From positions 256,001-320,000 of IMG/VR virus record IMGVR_UViG_3300037501_000111: 64,000 nt of DNA, one strand, 5' to 3'. The notes under the pieces were generated by a model that saw nothing but the letters and a program-made list of their open reading frames with translations, was not told the origin of the DNA and ran no database searches. Source of the DNA: a virus (Duplodnaviria > Caudoviricetes). Below, one piece after another: positions 1 to 10,627 of the stretch (position 1 is its first letter; every line of letters starts with the position of its first letter). The translations under genes were made by a program, and so were the position numbers.

Positions 1-22
1 AGATGGTTTGTAGGGGTGTGTC

Positions 23-901
23 ATGAAAATTTTCAAGATAGTTGTAATTTCTTGTGTTTTATTTTTGACAATTGTGGGGATAGCGAGTGATGAATCGGCA
101 ATCTCTAAAAATAAGGAGAGCGCCGAAATTACACGCAAATACGAAATACCACAGATTTCGAAAGTAGAGGATCGCGCGTCACCCTCGTGTCCCAGTGATA
201 TGGTAGAGATTGAAGGTGATTATTGTCCTAATTTACAGACGGAGTGTTTATATAATATAGATTTAGATGGTACTAGACATTATCCTGGAGATATTAATAA
301 AGCTTGTGGAGAGTATAAAAATCCGAGTAAATGTTTATCTGATAGTTTAGTACACATGCATTTTTGTATTGATCGTTATGAATGGCCAAATAAACAAGGT
401 GTAGTGCCTCAAGACTGGATGACATATTATGATGCAGAAAAAGCTGTAGCCTCTGTGGGCAAACGACTTTGTACTCATAAAGAATGGACATTAGCAGCAG
501 AAGGCCCCAACTTACATCCACTACCGTACGGCGATGGATTCCATCGTCAAAGGCTTTGTAATTTTGATAATCATAATTCAGGTATTGATGTTTTTAAATC
601 TACTAGGCCGAATGACGAAACTTCAGCTAAGTTACGTGCTCTATTAGTGCCGTCTGGCTCTATGTCTGGTTGTGTATCAGATTTTGGTGTGCACGATATG
701 TCTGGAAATATTGATGAGTGGGTTGTCAATGATGCTAGTCAAGACATGTGTGTTACTAAAACTACTGGTAATTGTAGAACTGGATTAATGGGAGGTCATA
801 TCTGGCATGTGCGTAATGCAAGTCGTCCGATGACCACGGCTCATGGTGCAGGATTTGGATGGTATGAAACTGGAGCAAGAGCTTGCAAGGATGTCCAATG
901 A
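23..901 (+). CDS. Secreted formylglycine-generating-enzyme (FGE/SUMF1)-like domain protein
   Basis: N-terminal signal peptide; CPSDMVEIEG, FCIDRYEWPN, RLCTHKEW, HDMSGNIDEWV and terminal GARAC match the Cys-rich FGE-sulfatase type common in myxobacteria. Confidence 0.85.
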   Translation: MKIFKIVVISCVLFLTIVGIASDESAISKNKESAEITRKYEIPQISKVEDRASPSCPSDMVEIEGDYCPNLQTECLYNIDLDGTRHYPGDINKACGEYKNPSKCLSDSLVHMHFCIDRYEWPNKQGVVPQDWMTYYDAEKAVASVGKRLCTHKEWTLAAEGPNLHPLPYGDGFHRQRLCNFDNHNSGIDVFKSTRPNDETSAKLRALLVPSGSMSGCVSDFGVHDMSGNIDEWVVNDASQDMCVTKTTGNCRTGLMGGHIWHVRNASRPMTTAHGAGFGWYETGARACKDVQ

Positions 902-1569
902 ATTTACAAGAATTTATTGATGGGCGCACTCATTGTCCAATATGTAATACTGTGCTGGTTACTCAATTCATTTCTGGGCGCAAACAAAAGACCAGGATAG
1001 AGAATGATAGGTTTGTTGTCATATTTGTTATGAAACCGATGCAAGTAAATCAGCCTGACTATGAAGTTGGATACTCATTCAATCCTAAAGATAATAGTTT
1101 TCATATTGAATTTTATACTGAATGGGATCATAAAACCCACGTTCCGATGCATTTAATTGAGAAGTTTAGGGAGTTTCATACTAATCTTCTTAGGTCTACC
1201 AATGGATCATGCCGATTCATTAGAAAATGTACTTTTTGTAATAGGTACAGTAGGTCATCTACTCATTTCAATTTAGAATTGAAGGCCGGGAAAATAGATA
1301 CATTGTTTTGGGATGGTTTACAAATTGCTTACGAATCATTTGGCCTCTGTATTCCAATAGGTGAAGAATATAAAATTATGCATCTAAGCAATTTTCATGT
1401 TCCTGAACCACAATCTAGGATAGTTTGGTTTCGTTCATTTACACATGACTATGCTAGATTGGACGTTTCTCTTCCACTAAAATATTCAGAGAAGATATTG
1501 CCTATAATTCCATTTATGTCAACAGAAGAAACTACTAGGCGAGTTAGTAATCTATTAACTTTTGCTTAA
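898..1569 (+). CDS. Zn-ribbon / FS-tail family protein (member 1)
   Basis: ATGA overlap with the upstream stop; CPIC and CTFC; ends ILPIIPFMSTEETTRRVSNLLTFA. Confidence 0.75.
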   Translation: MNLQEFIDGRTHCPICNTVLVTQFISGRKQKTRIENDRFVVIFVMKPMQVNQPDYEVGYSFNPKDNSFHIEFYTEWDHKTHVPMHLIEKFREFHTNLLRSTNGSCRFIRKCTFCNRYSRSSTHFNLELKAGKIDTLFWDGLQIAYESFGLCIPIGEEYKIMHLSNFHVPEPQSRIVWFRSFTHDYARLDVSLPLKYSEKILPIIPFMSTEETTRRVSNLLTFA

Positions 1570-1855
1570 AGAAATGCAGACAGTTTTATTTAAGAATTTC
1601 TTCTTTTAGTTTGGAGGATTTGACGTTGGTTAGGTCAATCATTCCATGATTATTTAGTTTTGGAATCTTCGCTTTAATCTCAGCTTCTGCCGGAATCCAT
1701 TCCATACTTACTTATCGATATCGTAATCCTCGATAGCATCATCGTACTGGCTATCCACCAGTTTTTGAATTAAATCAAGATATTCTTGGTCAGTAAGTGA
1801 TTTAAAGCTCATATTCTTTAATATATCATAATGTTAATATTATTGTATTTATCAC

Positions 1856-2512
1856 ATGAACCCAAATAAGCTTTTAAGGTTTGCTAATATGTTCTATTCT
1901 TTAGCTGTGGGAGAGGATTTGCCCTCAGATTCTGAGGATTTAAAGACTATCCTAGCTAATCTAGAAAGATTGGAAACTTACAATGCTCGCAAAAAGTATG
2001 CGGAGCGCAATCTTAAACATTTATCCTCGGGTTCCTCGCGCATCGTTTACTTGACACCATCAAAAACAATCATTAAACTAGCTAAGAATGACAAGGGAAT
2101 TGCTCAAAATAAAGCAGAAGCTAACCCCAAGATGAAGTCCAAATACTTAAACCAAATCCTCAGTTGCGCCAAAAATTTTGCTTGGCTAGAAACACATTAT
2201 CTAGAAAAGATTACTGAAAAGGAGTTCGAGCAGATGACAGGTCTGAAATTCGAACAATTTGGTGATTCTTTAAGGTTTAGTTTGAAAGAGATTTCCGGCA
2301 ATAAAGATGCTAAGAAGCCAGAAGATTTTGACAAAGTATCTGAGTCAGACATATACAAAGAGTTGAAAGATATTGGTCAACGATTCAAGCTTCTTCCAGG
2401 CGATTTGGCCCGCATTTCTTCATGGGGCACTAAAGATGGTCGCCCTGTTTTGATTGATGCCGGATTGACACGAGATATCTTTGATGAATATTACGAAGAT
2501 TCTTCCTCATGA
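1856..2512 (+). CDS. Protein-kinase-like (APH/PKc fold) protein
   Basis: SSGSSRIVY Gly-loop, IIKLAK Lys, N-x-x-E, DLARISSWG, VLIDAG. Confidence 0.6.
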   Translation: MNPNKLLRFANMFYSLAVGEDLPSDSEDLKTILANLERLETYNARKKYAERNLKHLSSGSSRIVYLTPSKTIIKLAKNDKGIAQNKAEANPKMKSKYLNQILSCAKNFAWLETHYLEKITEKEFEQMTGLKFEQFGDSLRFSLKEISGNKDAKKPEDFDKVSESDIYKELKDIGQRFKLLPGDLARISSWGTKDGRPVLIDAGLTRDIFDEYYEDSSS

Positions 2513-3090
2513 AACAATTTTCCTGTCTCGATGAAGCCTTTCGCCATCAGAACACTTGTCCTTTTTGTCAGTTCATAATTACAAGAGGATATACCAGTAT
2601 TACTATGAATGGTGGAGAGACTCTAGTTGAATTTAGTATTGGCAAATCATCTTTAATATTGGACTATAATACTGGCGAACTAAAAGAATTAAAATCAGCT
2701 TCTTTTGAAGAAATACATACTCGTAGCTATCCAGTTTATTCATCTAACGGTTCTGCTTATTCAGCACAAAAATATGGAAAACAGATATTTGGAGTTTATT
2801 GTTCATGTGGAAAATGTGGACAGTACGGATACACTTTACAGGTTCATTTAGATTTGGATCTTGGAAAAATTATATGTATTTTTCTTAACTCAGAGACTTT
2901 ATCTTTCGAAAAAGGTTCGCTACTCCATGAAATTAGAAATATATACTCTACAGGAAAAACTGACTACCGAGTATTTGATAATGATAATGTTACAGAAACA
3001 AAAACTCTTACTTTGCCATTGATTCCAATGGATTTATCTGATCCAGATAAAACATTAGAACGTATAAAGACTCTTGCTCTATTTTCATAG
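2509..3090 (+). CDS. Zn-ribbon / FS-tail family protein
   Basis: CPFC and CGKC; ends LPLIPMDLSDPDKTLERIKTLALFS. Confidence 0.8.
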   Translation: MKQFSCLDEAFRHQNTCPFCQFIITRGYTSITMNGGETLVEFSIGKSSLILDYNTGELKELKSASFEEIHTRSYPVYSSNGSAYSAQKYGKQIFGVYCSCGKCGQYGYTLQVHLDLDLGKIICIFLNSETLSFEKGSLLHEIRNIYSTGKTDYRVFDNDNVTETKTLTLPLIPMDLSDPDKTLERIKTLALFS

Positions 3091-3101
3091 AAAGCATTAT
3101 A

Positions 3102-3719
3102 GTGAATAAGTTTGATACTATCGCTGGTTTTACAAAATGTCGTGAGACATGTGTATTTTGTAATACCACATTGCGCATTATATTAACTAATTATGTTGGA
3201 GTTAGTGGACAAGGCATTCCTATTATTAATGCTCCTCTTAAAAATGATAGGTTTGAATTCAAAATCAAACATACAACTCCATCATTTGAGGTTAAGTCAG
3301 ACGTATTCATCTCCACTACAAATAACGCTTTAATATTTGAGAATTTCACCAACGGTGAAATGCCGGCCATTGATGATAATTTAGCCAAACAAGTATTTGA
3401 AGATTATGGGCCACATTTTGAATTGTACTGCCCCAGTAAAAAATGTGGATTAGGGTATTACATAGCTAGCTGGCCAATCAAATTAAAGAAAGTTCATCCT
3501 GTCGTAGGAATGTGGTACATTGAGCCATTTGCCGTGTTTACTGAAAATGTTAAAGTTGGCAATTATGTAGTTGCTAACAATTGGGAATCTAAACTAAGCA
3601 ATATCTATTCTAGAAAGAATATCGACGCTAAGCCTATTGTGGTTCCAATGGTAGATTTTTCTACTATGAATAAAGAGAAACTAATAACTCGAATAAAAAC
3701 TTTGGTGACATTCTCATGA
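3102..3719 (+). CDS. Zn-ribbon / FS-tail family protein
   Basis: CVFC and CPSKKC; ends [25 protein letters not shown]. Confidence 0.8.
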   Translation: MNKFDTIAGFTKCRETCVFCNTTLRIILTNYVGVSGQGIPIINAPLKNDRFEFKIKHTTPSFEVKSDVFISTTNNALIFENFTNGEMPAIDDNLAKQVFEDYGPHFELYCPSKKCGLGYYIASWPIKLKKVHPVVGMWYIEPFAVFTENVKVGNYVVANNWESKLSNIYSRKNIDAKPIVVPMVDFSTMNKEKLITRIKTLVTFS

Positions 3720-4810
3720 ATACTATACACATACAGGTATTGCAATCCTGTCAGGTAAGTCTAAAATCTTTAGAAAAGATGACTTCCTTACCTCAAATGC
3801 GTTTAAGATTAGCTGAGATAGATGAGAAATCTAGTGATCCGTCTTTTTGGAATAATCCAAGATCCGCTGCTATCTTAATGAAAGAACGTAAAAAATTGGA
3901 TGACTTCATTACATTTTTCACACGATCAAAAGACGATTTAGAAATATATAATGAATTCGTCAAGGCTGGAGAGCTAAGTGATGCAGATTTTGCACAGCTT
4001 TTCACTCTAAATTCTAAACTACAGTCTACCGTGTTTGAGCAGATGATGAAAGATCCGGTAGATGATACTCCAGCTATCATTTCTATTAATGCTGGTGCGG
4101 GTGGACTGGAGGCAGCTAATTGGGTTACTATGTTACTTCGTATGTATACTCGATATGCAGATAGCCAAGGCTTCAAGGTCGAGATCCTAGATGAAAAGCC
4201 TTCTGAAGAGCATAGTGCTATTTGTACTGATTCTGTTTCTATTAGAGTAGATGGCCCATATGCATTTGGTTTCTTTAAATCAGAATCTGGAGTTCATCGT
4301 CTCATCCGCAACTCACCATTCAATGCCGCTGATGCTAGACAAACTTCATTTGCTGGTGTTCAGGTCACACCTGATATTGAAGATACTATTGATATTAAAA
4401 TAGAGGAAAAAGATATAGAGATTACTACTATGCGTAATTCTGGTCCAGGTGGACAAAATGTTAACAAAGTAGAATCTGCTGTCCGTCTCAAACATCTTCC
4501 AACTGGTATAGTTATTAATTCTCGTTCAGAGCGTAGTCAATTAGATAATCGTAGATTTGCCATGAAGATGTTGAAAGCAAAACTTTACGAATTAGAAATG
4601 AAAAAGAAGCAAGCCGAACAAGATAAACGTGTGGATGCTACGGCTGATGTATCCTTCGGTAATCAAATCAGAACTTATACTTTAATGCCCTATAAATTAG
4701 TTAAGGATGAACGTACCGGATTTCAAGTTAGAGACGCCGATGCCGTTCTTGATGGTGACATTCAAGGATTTATGATTGCTTATCTTCAGGAATATGATAA
4801 AATCGCATAA
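3716..4810 (+). CDS. prfB: Peptide chain release factor 2
   Basis: SPF stop-recognition tripeptide (RLIRNSPF), GGQ catalytic loop (SGPGGQNV), [22 protein letters not shown]; continuous reading frame. Confidence 0.95.
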   Translation: MNTIHIQVLQSCQVSLKSLEKMTSLPQMRLRLAEIDEKSSDPSFWNNPRSAAILMKERKKLDDFITFFTRSKDDLEIYNEFVKAGELSDADFAQLFTLNSKLQSTVFEQMMKDPVDDTPAIISINAGAGGLEAANWVTMLLRMYTRYADSQGFKVEILDEKPSEEHSAICTDSVSIRVDGPYAFGFFKSESGVHRLIRNSPFNAADARQTSFAGVQVTPDIEDTIDIKIEEKDIEITTMRNSGPGGQNVNKVESAVRLKHLPTGIVINSRSERSQLDNRRFAMKMLKAKLYELEMKKKQAEQDKRVDATADVSFGNQIRTYTLMPYKLVKDERTGFQVRDADAVLDGDIQGFMIAYLQEYDKIA

Positions 4811-4815
4811 TAAGT

Positions 4816-5397
4816 ATGAGGAAGTTTACCGTTAAGGACTTCATAGCATACAATAATCCATGTTTTAGCTGTGGTAATCCAATCAATTTTCGTATTGGTT
4901 ACACTCTGATTGGATCGGGTGAGGCAGGGTATTTGCGCCCGGCAATAATGCCTAACCATACTGAAGTTGATTTAATCATTAAATATTCTGATATGGAAGC
5001 GCTAAGACTATGTATTTATCATAAAACAAATAAAATACTAACCAATAGTATTCAAGGCTTGACAAACTACCTTAGCAGCCGTAAGTTGTATTTGACCTCT
5101 ACCTGCGATAAATGCTATACTAAAATAGAAAGCCAATTTCTAGAGTTCAATCTAGAACGCAGATATATCAATGCGGTAGGGCTTAGTAGTGAAAGGTTGA
5201 TGGTTCGTGATAGTGAGAATTTGTATCAGATTACATCTTCTTTTATAGATGAGACCTCATTACTAGTAGTTGATAAGATAGATAAAGTAAAGCCATTATC
5301 TCCATTTCAATTAAAATTACCTCTTTTACCTAAGTATCGATTAAAAGATAAAGACAATTTTATTCGTAAGATTAAAACCTATATGACATTTTCATGA
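4816..5397 (+). CDS. Zn-ribbon / FS-tail family protein
   Basis: CFSC and CDKC; ends LPLLPKYRLKDKDNFIRKIKTYMTFS. Confidence 0.8.
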   Translation: MRKFTVKDFIAYNNPCFSCGNPINFRIGYTLIGSGEAGYLRPAIMPNHTEVDLIIKYSDMEALRLCIYHKTNKILTNSIQGLTNYLSSRKLYLTSTCDKCYTKIESQFLEFNLERRYINAVGLSSERLMVRDSENLYQITSSFIDETSLLVVDKIDKVKPLSPFQLKLPLLPKYRLKDKDNFIRKIKTYMTFS

Positions 5398-5960
5398 ATT
5401 TACAAGATATTTTGAATTATAGAAGTGCTTGCATTCACTGTGGGCGCCCCTTAACTATGCGTGTAGCTCGTTATCCCAAATTGTTAATTGAACATAATAA
5501 TAGTGGATTGGTAATCAAATCACCAAATCAGGGTGGAGTCTTTTTGAACTTCAATTTTGATGGTGCTTATGAACGTAGTAAAAGAAACTACGAAATACAT
5601 AAAAATCCAGTGTATATCAAGAAGTATTGCAAGTATCATCCTTTGTTCAATAAATACAAAGGGGTTACGTTAGATGGCATTAAAGATACTACTTGTCACT
5701 ACGCTTTTAGTGTGCTAGGCAACAAGCTAAAATCATATGTAGCAAATATGGAATACGAAGGTATTGCTTGGTGTAATGATGATGAATTTTGGCATATGAA
5801 TTCATTCTATTCTAAGAATGAAAGTCATATTTATCATGGCCTTTATTCTCAAACGATAGGTCAAGTACTACACTTAAAACTTCCTATTATTAATCTTAGT
5901 GGGACAAAAACTGAAGAACAATATCTGAATAAGATGAAACTGTATGCCCTCTTCTCATAA
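5394..5960 (+). CDS. Zn-ribbon / FS-tail family protein
   Basis: CIHC; ends LPIINLSGTKTEEQYLNKMKLYALFS. Confidence 0.8.
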   Translation: MNLQDILNYRSACIHCGRPLTMRVARYPKLLIEHNNSGLVIKSPNQGGVFLNFNFDGAYERSKRNYEIHKNPVYIKKYCKYHPLFNKYKGVTLDGIKDTTCHYAFSVLGNKLKSYVANMEYEGIAWCNDDEFWHMNSFYSKNESHIYHGLYSQTIGQVLHLKLPIINLSGTKTEEQYLNKMKLYALFS

Positions 5961-6374
5961 GAATGCTTTGAGTTTATCTAGCCTTTTACAATGTAAGATA
6001 ATATCTACTATGTGTTGAATTTTAAGATTACCGAATGAGTTGAATTGAATCCAATCTTGGTTTCTAAACCTTGGATCTCTTTTAAGATCAATGCGCTTAG
6101 CCTTAGGATCAGTACTATCAAAAATAGTTATTTCAAAATCTTTGAAATCTTTAAGCCTACGTGAACCTTCCAAGTCATACGGTAGTTGAATTTTAATAGT
6201 GTACATACCAACTTTAATACTGTTTATATAAAGAATAACTTCATTCTCTTCGGTAGCTTCTAAACTGGCCAAATGGCAATTATCTAACGATTTTTTGATT
6301 TTGTTTCTAGAACTCTTACCATAACTAAAATCAAGTACGGTGCGTGGCTCTTCATGTGAACGAATGGCTGTCAT
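5955..6374 (-). CDS. Hypothetical protein
   Basis: 139-aa ORF filling the gap between two + strand array genes. Confidence 0.65.
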   Translation of the reverse strand: MTAIRSHEEPRTVLDFSYGKSSRNKIKKSLDNCHLASLEATEENEVILYINSIKVGMYTIKIQLPYDLEGSRRLKDFKDFEITIFDSTDPKAKRIDLKRDPRFRNQDWIQFNSFGNLKIQHIVDIILHCKRLDKLKAFL

Positions 6375-6421
6375 ATCTTCCTAATAGTATGCCACATAAC
6401 TACCATATTTATTGAGTCGAC

Positions 6422-6751
6422 ATGGAAAAATACAACTGCTTAGTATGCAATAAAGAGATGGAGATTCATAACAAGATAGCCTTTGTAGACTATATATGTA
6501 ACCGTAGTGATGACCATCATTTCTCTTGGCGTATTAAAAATCAATCTTTGATAAAGCTGCGCATTCGGTTTCAGGATGACAAACATCGGTTATGTCTCAA
6601 AGTTCACTATGATGAGCAATATTCTCAAGTTTGGTCTAAAGCAAAAACTCCTGATATAGATAGAATTCGTATCAATCAGATTATTGTCCCCAATTTTGAA
6701 GACATTGAAAAGCTAAAGAACAAGATTAGAACTCTGTTGGTGTTTGGATGA
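6422..6751 (+). CDS. Zn-ribbon / FS-tail family protein
   Basis: CLVC; ends PNFEDIEKLKNKIRTLLVFG. Confidence 0.8.
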   Translation: MEKYNCLVCNKEMEIHNKIAFVDYICNRSDDHHFSWRIKNQSLIKLRIRFQDDKHRLCLKVHYDEQYSQVWSKAKTPDIDRIRINQIIVPNFEDIEKLKNKIRTLLVFG

Positions 6752-7092
6752 AAGCACCAATTAATTGCCCTGTATGTGGTGACCCAATGCTTAATACTTT
6801 TCCCGCTGCTGAGGATATGCATGATAGTGGAAAAGTAACCAAAACATGTGCACTAAGGCTCAGCCATAAGATTACTATCATTGCAGAGGGCGAAGAAGTA
6901 TCTCAAATGAGCATTGATCTTGGTAATGGTTTAGAGGCTATATTTTTGTTCCTCCTGAATAAGGTTTGGGTTCAACCAACAAGGGCCAATAAAAATAAGA
7001 TAGATTATACTATTCTTCCATTTTTTGAACCAGATTTATCTGATTACAAAAAGCTAGTCAATAAAGTAAAAACCTATTTGGTATTCTCATGA
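6748..7092 (+). CDS. Zn-ribbon / FS-tail family protein
   Basis: CPVC; ends EPDLSDYKKLVNKVKTYLVFS. Confidence 0.8.
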   Translation: MKAPINCPVCGDPMLNTFPAAEDMHDSGKVTKTCALRLSHKITIIAEGEEVSQMSIDLGNGLEAIFLFLLNKVWVQPTRANKNKIDYTILPFFEPDLSDYKKLVNKVKTYLVFS

Positions 7093-7440
7093 CACACCAA
7101 TGTGGTTTTTTGCAATAAAGAAATGGAAGTAATTAATCATACAAATAGAGAATTATTTGATGTCTATGTGTGCGAAAAATGTACCGACTCATATATCTAT
7201 ACTCGGTACAGACACGTCTGTTACAATGGTAGTCATACAGTTTTAGCTACAACAATTCGTATTGATGAATATTATGTGATTCTTAATTATTGTTTTCATT
7301 TATCGTCTCAAAGAGATAACTACACTCAAATTCATATAGGTATTACTCAGATATTCGATCTTAATTATATTCTACGGTTGCCGCTGCACGACCCAGCTCA
7401 AGCTAAACGAAAGTTACAGATTTACACAACTTTCTCATAA
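7089..7440 (+). CDS. Zn-ribbon / FS-tail family protein (probable one-base error in a T-run)
   Basis: Removing one T from the run at 7106-7111 gives MTHQCGFCNKEM from the ATGA overlap at 7089; ends LPLHDPAQAKRKLQIYTTFS. Confidence 0.7.
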
Positions 7441-7449
7441 AGGAGCAAT

Positions 7450-7836
7450 ATGGGTATAGTTATATACTTTGATATGGACGACGTTCTTAATTGCCCCATT
7501 TGTGGCACCCGCATGCGTACCGTGCATCACACGAATAAACTATTGCATCCAATCGACCAAACAGCCGATTATGCTGAGCGTATTTGTTCAGGCCATAATC
7601 ACGTTATAGCTATCTGGACCAATAAAGCCACTAAAAAAGTTGACTTTATGAAATTATCACTCAACTCTAAGTATTCTCGCTTTTTGGAAATAGACTGGAT
7701 TAATCAAAAATGTAAGATTACTTGTGCTAGTGGCGGCGAGTACGAACATATAGACATACCAAAAATGATTGAGCCAGATTTCCCTGACCTAGTTAAATTG
7801 AAAGAAAGAGTAAATCTCTACATTGTGTTTTCATGA
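7450..7836 (+). CDS. Zn-ribbon / FS-tail family protein
   Basis: CPIC; ends EPDFPDLVKLKERVNLYIVFS. Confidence 0.8.
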   Translation: MGIVIYFDMDDVLNCPICGTRMRTVHHTNKLLHPIDQTADYAERICSGHNHVIAIWTNKATKKVDFMKLSLNSKYSRFLEIDWINQKCKITCASGGEYEHIDIPKMIEPDFPDLVKLKERVNLYIVFS

Positions 7837-8174
7837 AATGTTTATTTTGTAACCAAAAGATGTGGCAAGAAGAAGACGGACCGGATAGCTTATTCTTTGA
7901 ATACAAATGTTTTTCCATTAAGTGTATGGTCAATAACGATTTTCCAAGATATATTTGTGGCACCGATAAAGAAGGCGGTCTTTGTTGGCAAGAGTATGCT
8001 TCGGAAGGTTTTTACGTTAAGGTATCAAGTGAAGGCACTCGCATCTACCGGCTTATCTCCTGTATGTTGAATCAAGATGTGAAACTTCCCGAATCATTAT
8101 GGCTCAATCCTACAAATTTCAAAGAAACTCTTGACAAGGTGCGGGGGCTGCATTACATTTTGTGGAATGGATAA
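7833..8174 (+). CDS. Zn-ribbon family protein with divergent tail
   Basis: CLFC; tail NPTNFKETLDKVRG matches the family and then diverges. Confidence 0.65.
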   Translation: MKCLFCNQKMWQEEDGPDSLFFEYKCFSIKCMVNNDFPRYICGTDKEGGLCWQEYASEGFYVKVSSEGTRIYRLISCMLNQDVKLPESLWLNPTNFKETLDKVRGLHYILWNG

Positions 8175-8180
8175 CTCACT

Positions 8181-8582
8181 ATGGTGCGAGAACCGCCTAC
8201 CTGCCCTGTTTGTGGACTGATTTTAAGAGCGTCGGGCGTTAACCCAGACATGTACTATTGTATGAAGCGCAAGGTATGGGAACCAGACCTTGGTATCTAT
8301 CTTGACATTGTAGACTCGACTATTTATGTTGACCCAGAGGGGAAACAGATATTGCGAGTAATAGAAATACCACCATTTAGCTTTACTATTGTGGATGATG
8401 ATCAAAAGCAAGAGACTGTTATTCGTAAAGTGATAGCTCCTGAACGATCATTAAGAGATAGAAATAAAGCACGCACACTTGAGATAAAGATTATTTTTAA
8501 CTATTCCTGCTGTGGTCAAAATGCTCTGGAATGATAAAAAGCCGTTGCCGAGCGAGTAAAACTTTACCTACTATTTTCATAA
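8181..8582 (+). CDS. Zn-ribbon / FS-tail family protein (frameshifted)
   Basis: CPVC; alternative frames after T- and A-runs read LTIPAVVKMLWNDK then AVAERVKLYLLFS-TAA. Confidence 0.65.
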
Positions 8583-8598
8583 AGGTGACCCGAACAAA

Positions 8599-8919
8599 AT
8601 GCGATTCCAAAATCATGAGTGCCCACTGTGCCATAAGGTTATGCGTTTTAAATCCGTTGCTGGTGTTTCAACGTTCTACTGCCCCGATACAGAGGGTGGC
8701 AATAATACTTCTCACTACGAGGTGGAGTCAGATGGTAAACAAACCATCCAACACATCTATGCTTTCCCTTATGCTATAGATAATTTTTCTAATGCAACTC
8801 GTTCTAGAGTTTATCATTGGAAAGGTAATCGCTGGCATTTTATAGCGGAAATGCCATATATCAATCCACAATCCCTCGATATACTACGACAATATCTACA
8901 CCTAGTTGCCTCTCAATGA
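8599..8919 (+). CDS. Zn-ribbon family protein with divergent tail
   Basis: CPLC; ATGA overlap with the next gene. Confidence 0.7.
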   Translation: MRFQNHECPLCHKVMRFKSVAGVSTFYCPDTEGGNNTSHYEVESDGKQTIQHIYAFPYAIDNFSNATRSRVYHWKGNRWHFIAEMPYINPQSLDILRQYLHLVASQ

Positions 8920-9275
8920 CTTTAATCTGTAAATTCTGTCAGAAAGAAACAACCTACGTACCTTTAAGGGTGGCGGATAGGCGCACTTTCGAGGTGCACT
9001 ATTGTTTTAGTTGTAATGCAGAATATGTAGATTATGGCTCTGATGATGGAAAAGCTACCCATTTATATACTGAGATTGATAAGAAGATGTATAGATGGTC
9101 TGTCACAGAACATAAAGCAAAACTTTCGGGGTATGTATGGTATGTTGGCGAACCAGGGGTACCAGGCGTTGTGCCTAATAAAAGACTACGCCTACTCAAA
9201 TCGTTTGAAACTCCACCGACCATAGTCCCAAATAATGTAGAACAAAAGATACGATTTATATTATTATTCCTGTGA
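8916..9275 (+). CDS. Zn-ribbon / FS-tail family protein
   Basis: CKFC and CFSC; ends IVPNNVEQKIRFILLFL. Confidence 0.8.
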   Translation: MTLICKFCQKETTYVPLRVADRRTFEVHYCFSCNAEYVDYGSDDGKATHLYTEIDKKMYRWSVTEHKAKLSGYVWYVGEPGVPGVVPNKRLRLLKSFETPPTIVPNNVEQKIRFILLFL

Positions 9276-9796
9276 GACAGATCAATGTACTTGAGTATAG
9301 CTGCCCGTACTGTAATGCGGATTTGGTTGTTCACAGAGTTGATTTTTCTTATGAATCGGTAAATGGCGAATCCATCAAAACTACTTTTCAATGTGTAGGT
9401 TGCTTAGAATTTTACTACACATTAGAGAATACCCACGTTGCTAATCCAGATAATACGCCAGAGTATAAGTGCCCATACTGCCAAAACCAATGCTCTTATT
9501 TATCATTACAAGATGATTGGTCTGATTATTGGAAATGCGTACCATGTAAAACATCGTTTACGCAAACTTATAATCCAAATCATAGTGTAATTGAAATTGT
9601 CAATATGTATACTGTTATTAATAATAAAATATACGTTTTAAGACAGTTTCTTTACGAAAATCGTTCTCGTGTTGATTTGTTACCGGCCGATGAAGAAGAT
9701 ACTATTGTTATTGCACATGAATTTAACTTCTTATTTCCAAATGTGACGCCCACCAATATCCAGCAAAAACTACTTACCTATCTTGTATTCTCATGA
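9272..9796 (+). CDS. Multi-Zn-ribbon / FS-tail family protein
   Basis: Four CxxC pairs; ends NVTPTNIQQKLLTYLVFS. Confidence 0.8.
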   Translation: MRQINVLEYSCPYCNADLVVHRVDFSYESVNGESIKTTFQCVGCLEFYYTLENTHVANPDNTPEYKCPYCQNQCSYLSLQDDWSDYWKCVPCKTSFTQTYNPNHSVIEIVNMYTVINNKIYVLRQFLYENRSRVDLLPADEEDTIVIAHEFNFLFPNVTPTNIQQKLLTYLVFS

Positions 9797-10119
9797 GATG
9801 CCCATATTGCAAATATCCACTAAAATTCTCTCATCATGAAAATGACAAGGAAGTTGAAGTATATGATTGCCTTAACTGCCCTATGTTAATCTTTTTATCT
9901 TTCCTAGACAAAGATGCTGAACCTATTAAGACTACATTTATGGTTGAGCGCAATGGAAGAACTTACTTGTGGACTAATGATAAGATTAAAGGATATTCTT
10001 ATATTTCAGAATTGACATTAAATCCTGGCAACCATTTGTTGCTTAAGTTGCCTAAATTGGTGGAAGTAACACCGGAAACTGTAGCGCAAAAGCTGTCATT
10101 CTACATGGTTTTTATATGA
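9793..10119 (+). CDS. Zn-ribbon / FS-tail family protein
   Basis: CPYC and CLNC; ends EVTPETVAQKLSFYMVFI. Confidence 0.8.
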   Translation: MRCPYCKYPLKFSHHENDKEVEVYDCLNCPMLIFLSFLDKDAEPIKTTFMVERNGRTYLWTNDKIKGYSYISELTLNPGNHLLLKLPKLVEVTPETVAQKLSFYMVFI

Positions 10120-10286
10120 GGCCATTACACAACTAACCATACTGCGGATGTACTCTTAAATACAGTCAGTTCTACGTGGACTCGTTTGATAATCCAGAGT
10201 TACAGTACATTAACTTTAGTACGGCCGATTTTAATGTATACGTTTACTTTGAAAACGGTTACTATAAGGATGTATTTACTATCCTC

Positions 10287-10627
10287 ATGAAGTGCCCCAT
10301 CTGCCAAGAACATAAACTAGTTACACAATCCCTAGAAGATTGTTTTGGTCGGAAACCAGATATCTTTTGTCCTAAAGTTATTAGACTACCAGAAGGAAAG
10401 TTAGTCAATCATTATCGAGAATATTCGGTAGTAGGTGATAAAGTTAGAATTTTCGTCTGGCCCTATCGAATCATTACTTGGAAAGGCGAATCACAGGTAT
10501 CGGTGGATACCAAACGCTTAAAAAGTAATAAGCATTTCTTTAAGACCATCATGAAAGCCCCGCTCTCCATGTAGATACAGAAGATAAGTTAAGGTATAGA
10601 ATTAAGCTACTATTATTACTGTCATGA
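10287..10627 (+). CDS. Zn-ribbon / FS-tail family protein (frameshift in a C-run)
   Basis: MKCPIC; adding one C near 10560 gives APALHVDTEDKLRYRIKLLLLLS-TGA. The upstream 10116-10290 looks like a decayed member ending IRMYLLSS-TGA. Confidence 0.65.
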
